A stretch of DNA of 64,000 nucleotides from Octopus sinensis (GCF_006345805.1 NC_042997.1:116498001-116562000), one strand, 5' to 3'; positions 12,615 to 27,569 are shown, counted from the first letter of the stretch. Numbers and translations: made by a program. Notes: generated by a model from the sequence alone, not told the origin.

Positions 12615-15600
12615 CTGTAGGAAAAATAAAATGAAAATAAATAAAAAGCTGAGTCGATAGAAACAATCAAGATATATTATAATGTCAACAGAATGAAATA
12701 AAATAACAGTAATAGAGGAGAGGCCTTTGTGGGTCATCTGTTAAACTTTGTGTACTCGCAACACAGCTACTGCACAAAGAAGGGGTTTCTGACCTTATTA
12801 CTAAAATCACTTGAAAGTGGGACTGTGATTGCTTTCAGATTCAAGGTTAGGTCTGATACAATAAACCTATAATCAGGTGAATTCTAGCTTGAAGAAAGAG
12901 GACATGTCATTGAGGAGGTCATGAATAGAGATGAAAGGGCTTTGACAAACAATTAAGTGATTGATTGTTTAATCAACACAAACAAATGATCGATTAGTTT
13001 GTTGGTTAGATACTTAACCGATTGACTAACAATAAAAAATAAAGTGATATTCAACCGGTGTGTGTGTGTTTATTATTATTAACTAAATGACCATCCCATG
13101 GCACAACATCTTATTCTCCTGATTTTTTTTTGTGATTCTGTCTGTTAGTTTTCCTGCAATCATTACTCTTGAGCTGTATACTCAACTATTCATTTTCTTT
13201 TGGCTCAGGAGTCCAGGTCTACAAGGATTAAGATGGCAAGGTGTAGTTGGAAGGAGATTTGGATGATATTTCTATCAGATGAAGCAACGACATAAATATT
13301 TTTTCTTTTGTCGTGATGTTGTTGTTCCTTTTAAGGCTGCGAGCTGGCAGAAATGTTAGCATGCCGGGTGAAATGCTTAGCGGTATTTTGTCTGTCTTTA
13401 TGTTCTGAGTTCAAATTCCGCCATGGTCGACTTTGCCTTTTGTTCTTTCCAGGTTGATAAATTAAGTACCAGTTACGTAGTGGGATCAATATAATTAACT
13501 GCCCCTACTCCCCCAAAATTTTGGGCCTTCTGCCTAGAGTAGAAAGGGATGTTGTTGTTTAGCTCCTGCTCACATTCTGGCTGAGCGAACCTACATTCAA
13601 AGACTTCCAGCTCTGACCATCCTATTGATTTTTGTTTTGTTTTTTGAGTATTATATCACACTATTGCTCAACATGTTCTTCCCTTATTAAGATAGTAGAG
13701 TATGATTTGAGAAAATTTGACTGCTATTTCTGCCATGACAAATGACCATATAAAAGCTCCCTCATTGGTTAAACCATATTTCTAACAACTGTTTCTCAAG
13801 CATATACTCTTTTACTTGTTTCAGTCATTTGACTGTGGCCATGCTGGAGCACCGCCTTTAGTCGAGCAAACTGACCTCAGGACTTATTCTTTGTAAGCCT
13901 AGTACTTATTCTAATGGTTTCTTTTGCCGAACTGCTAAGTTACAGAGACGTAAACACACCAGCATCGGTTGTTAAGCGATGTTGGGGGTAGCAAACACAG
14001 ACACATATATATATATATCTATATACATATATACGATGGGCTTCTTTCAGTTTCCGTCTACCAAATCCACTCAGAAGCCTTTGGTCGGCCTGAGGCTATA
14101 GTAGAAGACACTTTCCCAAGGTGCCATGCAGTGGGACTGAACCCAGAACCATGTGGTTGGTAAGCAAGCTACTTACCACACAGCCACTCCTACGCCAAAG
14201 TATTCACTCACAATAGCATAGCACATATTTGTCTTTGTTGATCTGACCTTGTTTAGCCCAAGGTCAGACCTGATACAACAAATCTATTATCAAAGATATT
14301 CTACATTTTTTTCTTCCTTTTGCAGACAGTTTACCTCAAACTTCATTATCTAGTATCGTTTCCTTTTCATTTCTTTTAAGATAGCAGGGTCTAATTTAAG
14401 GGATTTGGCTACTGTTTCTAGCACACTGATTGATCATGAGGAGGATCTCTCATTGATCAGTTTTATGGGAAATTTCCTTTTATAGCAGTGAAGGGAGGGA
14501 GGAAGTCATGCAAACTATTCAGTCATTTGACTGTGGTCATGCTGGAGCACCACCTTTTAGTCAAGCAAATCGACCCCAGGACTTATTCTTTGTAAGCCTA
14601 GTACATATTCTATCGGTCTCTTTTTGCCGAACCACTAAGTTACGGGGACATAAACACATCAGCATCGTATGTCAAGCAATGTTGAGTGGGGAGACATAGA
14701 CACACACAGTTTCAGTTTACCAAATCCAAAATGCCATGCAGTGGAACCATGAGGTTGGTAAGCAAGCTACTTACTACACAGCCACCCCTACACCAGTTTT
14801 GTAATTAAAGCTAATTAATTGCTTCAGTTCTTTCAAAGGTGCCATGCAGTGGGACTGAACCTGGAACCATGTGGTTGGTAAGCAAGCTACTTACCACACA
14901 GCCACTCCTGCACCAGTTTTGTATTTAAAACTAATTAATTGCATTGGTTCTTCCAACTGCAAAATATTCCATGTTCCCACTGTCACATTTCATATTCTGT
15001 TTCACTAAGTTTAGCAACACTTCTTCACACATACAACCAAACATCTCTGCTTTACTCAGTCAAACAAATCAAGTCTGAGGTTCATATCTGAATTGTATCA
15101 CCAATCTAAACACAACCAGGTAACACCCGTATCATAACTGCTTTCAATTTAACACAGCAAAATCTGCCAAAATGTTCTGGAAGAATAGTATATAGGCTTG
15201 TGCGTTTCTGTATTTTCTAAAGATTTATAAATGGGCGCAGGAGTGGCTGTGTGGTATGTAGCTTACTCAGCAACCACATGGTTCAGGGTTCATTCCCACT
15301 GTGTGGCACCTTGGGCAAGTGTCTTCTTCTATAGCCTCGGGCCAACCAAAGCCTTGTAAGTGGATTTGGTAGACAAAAACTGAAAGAAGCCCGTCGTATA
15401 TATGTATATAAATATATGTGTGTATGTATATGTTTGTGTGTTCCCCCAACATCGCTTGACAACTGATGGTGGTGTGTTTACGTCCCCGTAACTTAGCAGT
15501 TCGGCAAAAGAAACCATTAGAATAAGTACTAGGCTTACAAAGAATAAGTCCTGAGGTAGATTTGCTCGACTAAAGGCAGTGCTCCAGCATGGCCACAGTC

Positions 15601-16108
15601 AAATGACAAACAAGTAAAAGAGTAGACTAACCCCATCCCCTCAAATTTCAGGCCTTGTGCCTATAATAGAAAGGATTATTATTATTATTATTAGATGGCA
15701 TGCTGGCAGAACTGTTAGCATGCCAGGCAAAATGCTAAGCAGCATTTCTTCTGCCTTGAAGTTCTGAGTTCAAATTCCGCCAAGGTCGACTTTACCTATC
15801 ATCCTTTCAGTATTGATTAAGTACCAGTTGAACATTGGAGTTGATGTAATCGACTTATCCCCACCACCAAAATTACTGTCATTGAGGTAAAATTTGAAAC
15901 CATTATTATTATTATTATTATCATTATTTATAACTTTTAATCATTACTGGAAGTCCATTTTGATTTCTACAAACTGTATCTATTCTTTCTCTGCTGGATG
16001 TCACACAAACATGACTTATGAACAGCATCTCTCTCTCTCTCTCTATCTGAAAATCCATTTAGGTGGCTATTTGTCCAATTTTTCAGCTCTGGTGACTCAT
16101 GGATGTGG

Positions 16109-16155
<47 letters not shown>

Positions 16156-16387
16156 TTTCCGACGCCGATGGACGTACGTGAATCAGCTCCGTGAATTTGA
16201 CACCAATTTCATTGGAAATCTATTGTTAGGTTTGAATATTTTTTAATATTTTTGTAGCCAAACCGACCGGCTTCTTGCGGAGCTCGTCGGTTGGGCGAAA
16301 TTTTGCCCCATTCGGGGTGAAATTACGTTTGAAAATTTTGAACATTTGACATTTTTCAACATTTTGAATATTACAACAAAAAAAAAC

Positions 16388-18399
<2,012 letters not shown>

Positions 18400-18437
18400 A
18401 GCCTTTTTTCTCCTTTTTTTTCCCTAACTTTTGAAAC

Positions 18438-21400
18438 ATGGCAAATCTTAGAATCGGTTGCTTGAATGTGAGAGGCCTCGGGTCACCTTGGAAACAGGGT
18501 CACCTGTTAAACGACCTGAGGTTTCATGATGTGGATGTAGCAGCCATCAGTGAAACCAGGCTCTCCGACCCGCAGGAACTCGCAGCCCTTTTCGGCGGAT
18601 ACGAGATATTTCTATCTCCGTGTCGGCCGGGAGCGGGCGGTGGTGGTACTGCGGTGTTGTTTCGGAAGGGCCTGGACCTGAAAATAAGGACAGTCTTCTT
18701 GGATCCGGAAGGTAAGTTGGTGGTCCTCGACGTCGACGGTAGTGACGGCGGTGCTTTCAGACTGCTGGCTGCCTACGCTCCGACAGGAGCAGGGCAGTCG
18801 GATTATTTCAAACGTCTGGAGGTTTTCCTGGGAACGTCATGCACTCTAGTACTAGTTGGGGATTGGAACGCTGTCTTAGACGAACGTTTCGATCGGGTGG
18901 GCAGGGGAGCGTCTGATAGGAGAGGGGGAGGGTGCAAGAGCCTCGCCAACCTACTCGGCTGCTTTCAGCTGTCCGACAGGTTTCGACTAGACAACCCGAA
19001 TGTGCCAATGTGGACTTGGACAAACCGCATCGGGTCGTCTAGATCGTACTTAGATAGAGTGTTTTGTAGGCCAGCGGATAAGGACAGCGTAGGGTGTCCA
19101 CAATTCCACCTAGTCGAATATACGGACCACAAATTAGTGATCTGTACGGTCGACTTAGATAGGCTACATAGACAGGGACCCGGCTACTGGAAGCTGAACG
19201 CGTCGTTAACGGCGTGCAAAGCTTACAGAGACCGGATTAGTTTACTAGTTAAGCGGGCGCTCACGGGGGCAATCATCAACAACAACTGGTGGTTTGCCCT
19301 CAAGAGAGCAATTAGAGTAGAGTCGATTAGGTATAGTAAGACTCTAGCTATTGAACGTAGGAAGAGAGAGCGGGATTTAGTTAAGAAACTAGACGAGGCT
19401 CTTGACACTGGCATCGCGACCGACGTGTTGGCGGCAAGGTTGGCCTTCGACCAACACTTCGACGCCAAACACGAAGGCTGCGTTGTCAGAGCTAAGGCAC
19501 GTTCGCTAAGCGGGGAGGGGACTAGAGCCGCTCGATGGGCCCGCGTGGCGGAGGCGAAGCGAGGCAACAGAGCAACCATTCGGTCTTTGGTGGACCAGAA
19601 CGGGCGCGAGGTTACCCACCCGAAGCAGATGTGTACGGTGCTTCAGCGGCACTTTGCTCAACTGTTTGGGACGAGCGGTGGAACGGACACCAACGGTGCA
19701 GACTTCGGTGTGTACCTGGACGGACTGCTGCAACTCTCGGACAGCGAGGCAGAGTGCTGCGAAGGACCGATATCTGCCTGGGAAGTACAGGAAGCGATGA
19801 AGAGTTGCACGAGAGGTAGATCGCCGGGTTTGGATGGTCTGCCCTACGAGCTTTACTTTTCAATGCCAGACTTGTTTGCGGACCTGTTGGCAAACGTCTA
19901 CTGCAACTGGCAGCAAAACGGGAGATTCCTGCTTTTGTCTGTCGAGGGGTGGTAGCTTTGCTAAAGAAGGACCCAAACAAGGGGGACGTTATAGGGAATT
20001 TCCGGCCCATCACTCTGCTCAATGCAGAGTTGAAGATTTGGCCAAGGTGCTAGCCAAGAGATTGGCGCTTGTCGTGGACAAGCTGGTCGGCAAGACGCAG
20101 ACATGCGCCGTGCCGACCAGGTCGATACACGACAACCTCCATCTCATGCGCTACATCATAGAGAGGGTGGGTAACGACGCTGGCACGGGTGGGGCTTGAT
20201 CAACTTGGATCAGAGTAAAGCCTTCGATAGGGTCGACCATCGGTACCTGGCAGCTGTCCTCAGGGCAGCCGGCTTCGGTCCAGTCTTCCGCGGGTGGATC
20301 GCTGCTTTATACAGCAACATCTGCTCAGTGATACGGGTGAACGGTCACCTTTCGGAACCGTTCGACATCTTGCGTTCGGTCCGCCAAGGATGCCCTCTCT
20401 CCTCCCTCTTGTACATTTTGACTCTCGAGCCATTACTGCGCAAGTTGGAGGCTTTGAGGGGTATCCCGCGCGATCTAGGAGGCGGAAACAGCGTGTCTGC
20501 TTATGCCGACGACGTCACCGTGGTGGTGTCGAGCCACAGGCACACTGGCCTGATTGGCGAGACGCTAAACCAGTACGAAGCGGTGACAGGGGCAAAGATT
20601 AACGCGGAAAAGTCTGTGGGCTTGCAACTGGGCACCTGGAGAGGCAAGCCCATGCCGTCCAACAGCGTCGTAGGGCGCTGGACAGACGGACCGTTAAACT
20701 GCTCGGGGTCTGGTTCGGTCCGGACCTCCAGGTGGATAAGAACTGGGAAGAGGTGACGAGCAGGGTGGCACGTCTCACCCAGAAATGGGCCGAGAGGAAG
20801 CTGTCCCTGAAAGGTCGAGCGGAGGTGGCGAATGCGTACATCGCATCCGTCATCTATTACCGCTTGACCGTCGTCCCTTGTCCCGACCGCTGGTTGGCCA
20901 AGCTGGTACGTCTGCTCTTCGACTTTTTGTGGAAGGGTCAGGTGCCACTGGTCAGGCGATCCATCTGCTGTCAACGACCGCTGAACGGAGGCCTTGGAAT
21001 GCCGTGGTTACTGTTGCGCAGACATGCGCTCAGGCTGCGGCATCTCAAGCGCTTCCTAGACGGTGAACAGGTGTGGTCGTCTTTTGTCAGACGCGATTTT
21101 CCGCAGCTCGTCTCTTTGACGGAACTGCAGACCTGGATCAAACGTAGACCGAGAAAGGGCGCTTGGCACCTCGAGTGCCGTCAAGCCCTCTCTGCCCTCC
21201 GCCAGGCGGGCAATGCGGCCGGTTACAGCTCCACTCTAGCGTTCTATAGAGGGTTAGTGGAGGAAAAATGCGACGACGTTCTCAGGGAAACTCTAGGCGT
21301 TGAAGATGACGAACTGTGCGGTCTGTTCGGAAGGACTTTCGGGCCGGGGCCGATGGATAATTTCCAGAGGTCTCTCGCTTGGCAGTGCTACCGAGGGGCT

Positions 21401-21868
21401 CTGCCTGTTCGAGACAAACTCTACCGGCACGGAAGTGCCGTCAGCCGGGCCTGCCCGAGGTGTTGCCAGGACGACGAAACCGTCCTGCACGCACTCGTTC
21501 AGTGCCCGAGTATTGCTGAAATATGGGTTTATGTCGAACAGCTACTGTCACGTGTAGGACGGATCCGACTATCGGCCGAATCCATAGTGAAGATTGCCCC
21601 GCCGACCTCCTTCAACAAGGAGGGCGAGGCCGTTTTCTTGTGCCTAGTGGCTGTGGCGAAAGAGGTCGTGTGGTGGACTCGTTTGAAAGGGCTAAAGACA
21701 GACACTTTCCTCTTTGGTCAAGGCCTCATCAACTTTTTCAAGTTTCACTTGAAAAGGAAGATGAGGTTAGAGAGGAAAGTGCTGTCCGATAGCAAGTTTT
21801 ATGAAAGGTGGGTGAATTGTGCGAGACTGGCCTGTATAAATGGACCAGTTCTCAGGTTTCGCCTGTGA
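18438..21868 (+). CDS. Tx1 ORF2: APE endonuclease, reverse transcriptase and C-terminal CCHC; four -1 indels as given
   Basis: Motifs CLNVRGL, SET, GDWN, YLDR, DH (endonuclease); GPGYWKLN; FRPITLLN, LDQSKAFDRVDH, RQGCPLS, YADD (RT); CPRC..DETVLHALVQC. Pieces 18438..19955, 19834..20199, 20196..20756, 20732..21868. Confidence 0.93.
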
Positions 21869-22904
21869 TTTCAAAAAGGTAATACAAAAGGAGAAAAAAA
21901 GGGGACTCTCTACACCCCCTTTTTAGACCAGGCTCCCGTTGGCTTTTGTAGGGTTTTTTCCACCAGGAACTTTTCGAGACGTCTCCCCCTTTTGGGAGTT
22001 TTTCATTGTTGAATTTTAATAGTTTGTTATAAAGATTTTTACTCGATGTTTTAAAAAAAAAACGGCAAAACCCTTTGTAACCTTTCGTCCTGTCTTGTCC
22101 CTTTATGTAATCATGCGTGTCAGCCCTTGTGGCCAATAAAAAAGAATTGATTATTATTATTATTATTATTATTATCGTTCCCTGGTTATCAAGAAAGCCA
22201 CAGGGAATGAGTTTGGTACTTTTAAGCTAAGCGAATAATTATTACCAGTTCCTTTTATTGTTATGAACCGTCTACTTTAGCAACTGGCATACCCCCACCT
22301 CTCTCTCTCTCTTCTGGACATTGAGTAAACACACCAAATGGTATTTCTCTTGTTCTTTCTCTCCCTCTGTCTCTCTGTCTCCACAAAATTGTATAAGTGT
22401 TCTCTTTATTCAATTCCAGCCAAATACAAACGGCTACACAAATAGTCTCTCTGTCTCTCTCTCTCTCTCAACAGTTTCATCTGGAAATTCATTGAGGCAC
22501 GTAATCAGCCGTAATCAGCTCCAGTGATTCATGAATGCAGCATATTATTATTACCAGTTTCTGAAGAAAAGCCATAGCAGAATGAGAATGCTAAGTTTTA
22601 AGCTAAGCAAATAACAATTATTTCTGTTACTTTATTATCAAGGACCTTCCTATCTTCAGCAGATAGCTTTACATGCCCTCTCTCTCTCTCTCTCTCTCTA
22701 CAGGATGTTGCACAAACACACGATTGATCGAATGAATTAGGATACCCACCCTCTTCGCTTAGCTTGCTAGTTAACTCCTGCACCCACACAACACCACAGA
22801 GATTCCTTCCACCCTTGTCTTCATCTGGTACATTGGAGACAGTCTGAGGGTGATTGCTGAGAATAACACTGTGAGGACTAAACCCTGCATACAGTACCAA
22901 GGCA

Positions 22905-23410
22905 ATATCCCCCCATGGGCAAAATCTCCACCAGACAAAATCCCCTGGCAGTCAATATCCCCCAGCATATTGTTCTTTCTACAATAAAAATATTTTAGGA
23001 AACTGAAATTTTATGAAAATTTTTTTAAATATTTATTAGTTGAAATTTTTGTGTAAAATTTGTCCAGAGGAATTTTGCCCTCCAGGAGGATTTTATTCTT
23101 AGGGGACGAATTTTGACCAGGAGGGGGGCAATTTTGCCCTTGGGGGTGGATTTAATCCTAGGGAGGGGATTTTGTCCGGGGAATGGGATTTTGTCTTTGG
23201 TGGGAGGATTTTGTCTGTGGGGATTTCGTCCTTGGGTGGGGATTTCATCCTCGGATGGAGATTTTGTCCTCAGGTGGGGATTTCATCCTTGGCGGGATTT
23301 TATCCTCAGTGGGGATTTTGTCCTCGGGGGAAAGGATTTTGTCCTGGGGTGGGGGTGGGGGATATCCTCGGCGGGATTTTGTCCTTGGGGTGGATTATGT
23401 CCTGATACCC
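22905..23410. repeat. Degenerate array of GGGATTTT(G/A)TCC units with a short inverted copy (gacaaaatcccc); foldback-like transposon end
   Basis: About 15 units at 23075-23402; inverted motifs at 22915-22950. Confidence 0.6.
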
Positions 23411-24438
23411 CTGCATTTATTGACTAGATATCCAACTCTACCTACACAAGGGAGAGATGTGACATTACAATAGGACCTGAAAAGTTACCCAGTCTAGGAA
23501 CTGGTTAACCTCTGAAAATTGCAATCGTCCAAAGAGAGTCTCAATGAGCAGGTAATTAGATACCCTACACTAGCTGCAGAAGGGAGAGTTGTGACATCAT
23601 AACAGAACTTAAAGCTACCCAGTCTAGTGATATAAACACCTCAATCAAATTCATCCATCTACATTAAGTCTCCTCATTCGTTTACTGTCATACTGTATGG
23701 ATTCCCGGTCATGTAGCAAAATCCGTGGATGCATCCATCACAGCATTATGGAGAGACAGGGTGAATGTGACCAAGCTAGGCATGGCTGTGTGAATGTGAC
23801 TAAGCTAGGCCTGTCTGTGTGCCTCAGCAACCCTGTTCTTTTCGTAGGAGGTGGCATCTCTGTTGGTGCCAAGAAATAAATGCAAACAACATATATAGTG
23901 TGTGCATACATTGTGCAAAGTGGTTGGCGGTAGGCAGGGGCATAGAAACCAAACCAGCAATGAAACACATGAGCGAGAGGTCATCCCTCTAATTATCCAT
24001 GAGAACAGATACAATCTGTCCAACCTTGCCATCATGGAAGACAGCTGTAAAACAATGGCAGTGAAGATGATCATGATGACAGTAATGATGGCAATAAAGA
24101 TCATTATGAGGATGATGATGGTAATGATGGCAATCAGAATGATGAAGATGATGATGATGATGATGGCAATGAAGATGATCATGACCAATGGTTCTCGACC
24201 TTTTTAATATCAGGGACCAGATCCAAAACTTGGATTTTTTTTAAGGGGCTACACCAAAAAAAAGTAAAACAGTGGATGTATGGTAAGTAGCTTGCTTACC
24301 AACCACATGGTTCCAGGTTCAGTCCCACTGCATGGCACTTTGGCCAAGTGTCTTCTACTATAGCCTCAGGCCAACCAAAGCCTTGTGAGTGGATTTGGTA
24401 GACGGAAATTGAAAAGAAGCCTGTTGTATGTATGTATA

Positions 24439-24481
<43 letters not shown>

Positions 24482-25615
24482 GTGTGTATATGTTTGTGTG
24501 TCTGTGTTTGTCTCCCCAACATCACTTGACAACTGATGCTGGTGTGTTTACGCCCCCGTAACTTAGAAGTTCGGTAAATGAGACCGATAGAATAAGTGCT
24601 AGGCTTACAAAGAATAAGTCATGGGGTCGATTTTCTCGACTAAAGGTGGTGCTCCAGCATGGCTGCAGTCAAATGACTGAAACAAGTAAAATAGTAAAAG
24701 AGCAAAGTGTATATTTATAGAATGAAGTCCATCAAAGAGCTGCTGGAAGGATGCTTGAGGGCCGCATGTGGCCCTAGGAACTGCAGTTGAAAACTGTTGA
24801 TTATGACGGTAATGATGATGATGTATTCATGTTTGTTTGTTTGTTTGCTTGTATGAGACATTCACAAATTCTTATTCTAATAGAAAACAGAATAACAAAA
24901 CAGAGAAGAAAAGTAAATACTGAGAATTGTGCCGAATATATTTTTGTTATTCGTGGGAGGAGGGTGGAATGGAGAAGTTAAAGCTTGAGAAAGTCAACAT
25001 GGATTTATTGATTAAGGGTGTATTGATTTTATACAAATTAAATCAATCTAGATAAGTGTTAGTAAAAAGAATCATATGCTACAGTGAGTTGAAAGAATAA
25101 ACTTAAATAAATAGACTGCACAAATTCCTCTTGGTTTTGATACAAAGGTTAAATAAACAGATAATATTCAAAATAGATTGAAAGAGCTGAATGGCAGAAA
25201 AAAAGAAAAAAAATAGAGAGAGATTTTGGAAATTTAATGCATCAGGGAAAGTAAATAAACAACATGCAAATCTATTCCTAAACAAAATATGCACCTCACC
25301 CACACACAAACATACATGCAGATGCAGGCATGGCTGCACATATACATGCACATACAGGCATACAGCTACCCACATTCATATGCATACATGCACACACACA
25401 CACACACACACACAAACATGCACCTACATCCAAATGCATTCACACATAGAATAAGACACACAAAACATGTAATTAAAGGAAATCAAGAATTTCATTAGCA
25501 ATCACCTGAGCATTAGTTATTTAGTTTTCTCCCCCTTTTTTTTTAGTTTTGGTGTGTTGGTCGGGGTGGGTGGGGGTGGGCCGGGAGTCAATGCAAGTTC
25601 TAGAAAGCTACTTAC

Positions 25616-25713
25616 AAATTTTTATCGAGGTGTTCACTCCATCCAATCTTTGAATTGAAGTAACTGTTTATAATCATCACAAGATCCACAAGGATCTGTT
25701 GACACCAAGGTTG
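25616..25713 (-). CDS. STK36: STK36 exon (QPWCQQILVDLVMIINSYFNSKIGWSEHLDKN-F)
   Basis: tttctag| acceptor, TT|gtaagt donor, 98 nt, phase 0-2. Aligns with the vertebrate QSW...L.DL...I.AYF segment. Confidence 0.9.
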
Positions 25714-26404
25714 CTAGAAATAGATAGGAAATACAAGATCAGGGGATAAAGAAACAATGAGAAAAGTTATATTATCATTACACACAAAATTTTAGGACAG
25801 TGGAGCAGCAGAATTGGCAGGGAGCTGGACAAATTACTTCATAATATTTAGTAATGACAAGGCGGCAAGCTGGCAGAAATGTTAGCACGCTGGGCGAAAT
25901 GCTTAGTGGTATTTCGTCTATTGCTATGTTCTGAGTTCAAATTCTGCCGAGGTCGACTTTGCCTTTCATCCTTTCAGAGTCAATAAATTAATTGCCACTT
26001 GCACACTGGGGTTGATGTAATCGACTGGCGCCCTCCCTCAAAATTTTGGGCCTTGTGCCTAGAGTAGAAAAGATTATTAACATACATACTAAGGCAGCGA
26101 GCTGGCAGAAACGTTAGCACACCAGTAGAAATGCTTAAGCAGTATTTCATCTGATTTTATGTTCTGAGTTCAAATTCCACCGAGGTCTTCTTAGCCTTTC
26201 ATCCTTTCAGGGTCGATAAATTAATTACTGGGGTCGATGTAATTGACTGCCCCATTCCCCCAAAATTTCAGGCCTTGTGCCTAGAGTAGAAAAGAATATT
26301 TAGTAATGACCTTTTTCACTCTGGGTTCAAATCCATGTGAGGTCAACTGTGCCTTTCAACCTTCTGGAGTCTAAAGTACCAGTTAGGTACAGGAGTAGTG
26401 AAGA

Positions 26405-26710
26405 TGTATGGCTTAGTGGTTAGGGTATTTGATTCACAATTGTAAGATCATGTGTTCAATTCCTGCTGGCACATTATGTCCTTGAGAAAGACATTTTATT
26501 TCACATTGCTCCAGTTCATTCCACTGCCAAAAATGATAAGTACCTGTATTTCAAAGGGTCAACCATGTCACATTCTGTGTCATGTTGAATCTCCTTGAGG
26601 ACCTACGTTAAGGATACACATGTCAGTGGGGTGCTCAGCCACTTACATGTTAATTTCACGAGCTGGCTGTTCCATTGATTAGATCGCCTGGAACTCATGT
26701 CATCATAGTC
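26405..26710 (+). mobile_element. SINE family E (head ..atggcttagtggttagg; body cttgagcaagacactttatttcac); other copies 5045, 42085, 50380
   Basis: Repeated head and body seen in four or more places. Confidence 0.75.
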
Positions 26711-26840
26711 AATGGAGTGCCAATATTTTTTCTTAAGTACAAGATCTGATAGAATCAACTGTCCCCACTTCCCAACTTTTGGGCCTTGTACCTACATAAG
26801 GATCTTTTTTTTTGTTTGCTTGAGCCCTAGAACTCATAAT

Positions 26841-26974
26841 GCTAGGTACCCAGTTTCCATGGCATCTAAGGCTAGGTACCCAGTTTCCATGGCATCTAAG
26901 GCTAGGTACCCAGTTTCCACAGCATCTAAGGCTAGGTACCCAGTTTCCACGGCATCTAAGGCTAGGTACCCAGT
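26841..26974 (+). repeat. 30-bp minisatellite, 4.5 copies (gctaggtacccagtttcca(t/c)(g/a)gcatctaag)
   Basis: Units start at 26841, 26871, 26901, 26931 and 26961. Confidence 0.95.
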
Positions 26975-27569
26975 AGAAAAGATTATTAACATACATACTA
27001 AGGCACCAATACTCGACAGGTATTTTATTTTAGCAATCTCAAAGAAATAAAAAGCAAAGTTGACCTCGGCAGGACTTGAACTCAGAACATAAAGATCCGG
27101 AATAAGAGCTGCTAACCATTTTCTCTGACATGCTTACAATTCCGCCAACGCACTGCCATTTAGAAATTACCATTACATGTAAACATTCTGAACCAACAGA
27201 AGAATACCATATTTATGGTATTCTTTTGCCGATTCCAGTGGAGCACCAAAGTCTAGGGCATAACTAAGTTCAAACGCTCTCGTATTGATTCTATTGAATG
27301 GTACTTATTGACTACAGAAGGAGACGGACTCCAAATACCCTGGAGTATTTGGCCCAGAGATTCCTGCCATCCACTTGCTGGTATAACAGACAGATTATTC
27401 TATTATGGTAAGGAATAATAGCCATAGAATAACTTTAATTGAGATGATATTAAATATGATAGAATCATAATTGTATGGTTAAGAAATCATGGAATGAGAT
27501 CAGCTTTAGTTGTTTTTCACTGAAATATCAAGAGAGACTTTATTTTTTTCTTAAGTGTTTATTTGAGAG

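Noticed and set aside
14950-15220. Short protein-like frames on minus (AYILFFQ; AEMFGCMCEEVLLNLVK)
   Set aside because: Multiple stops and no phase-compatible splice sites.
23805-24050. Exon-like segment after ttttacag| reading AVFHDGKVGQIVSVLMDN*RDDLSLMCF, faintly like the STK36 RRDSLMCF motif
   Set aside because: It has an in-frame stop, is in the wrong order, and the flanking exons 25616 and 12614 already join in frame.
26841-26974. CRISPR-like 30-bp repeats
   Set aside because: The units are contiguous with no spacers, there are no cas genes, and the context is eukaryotic.
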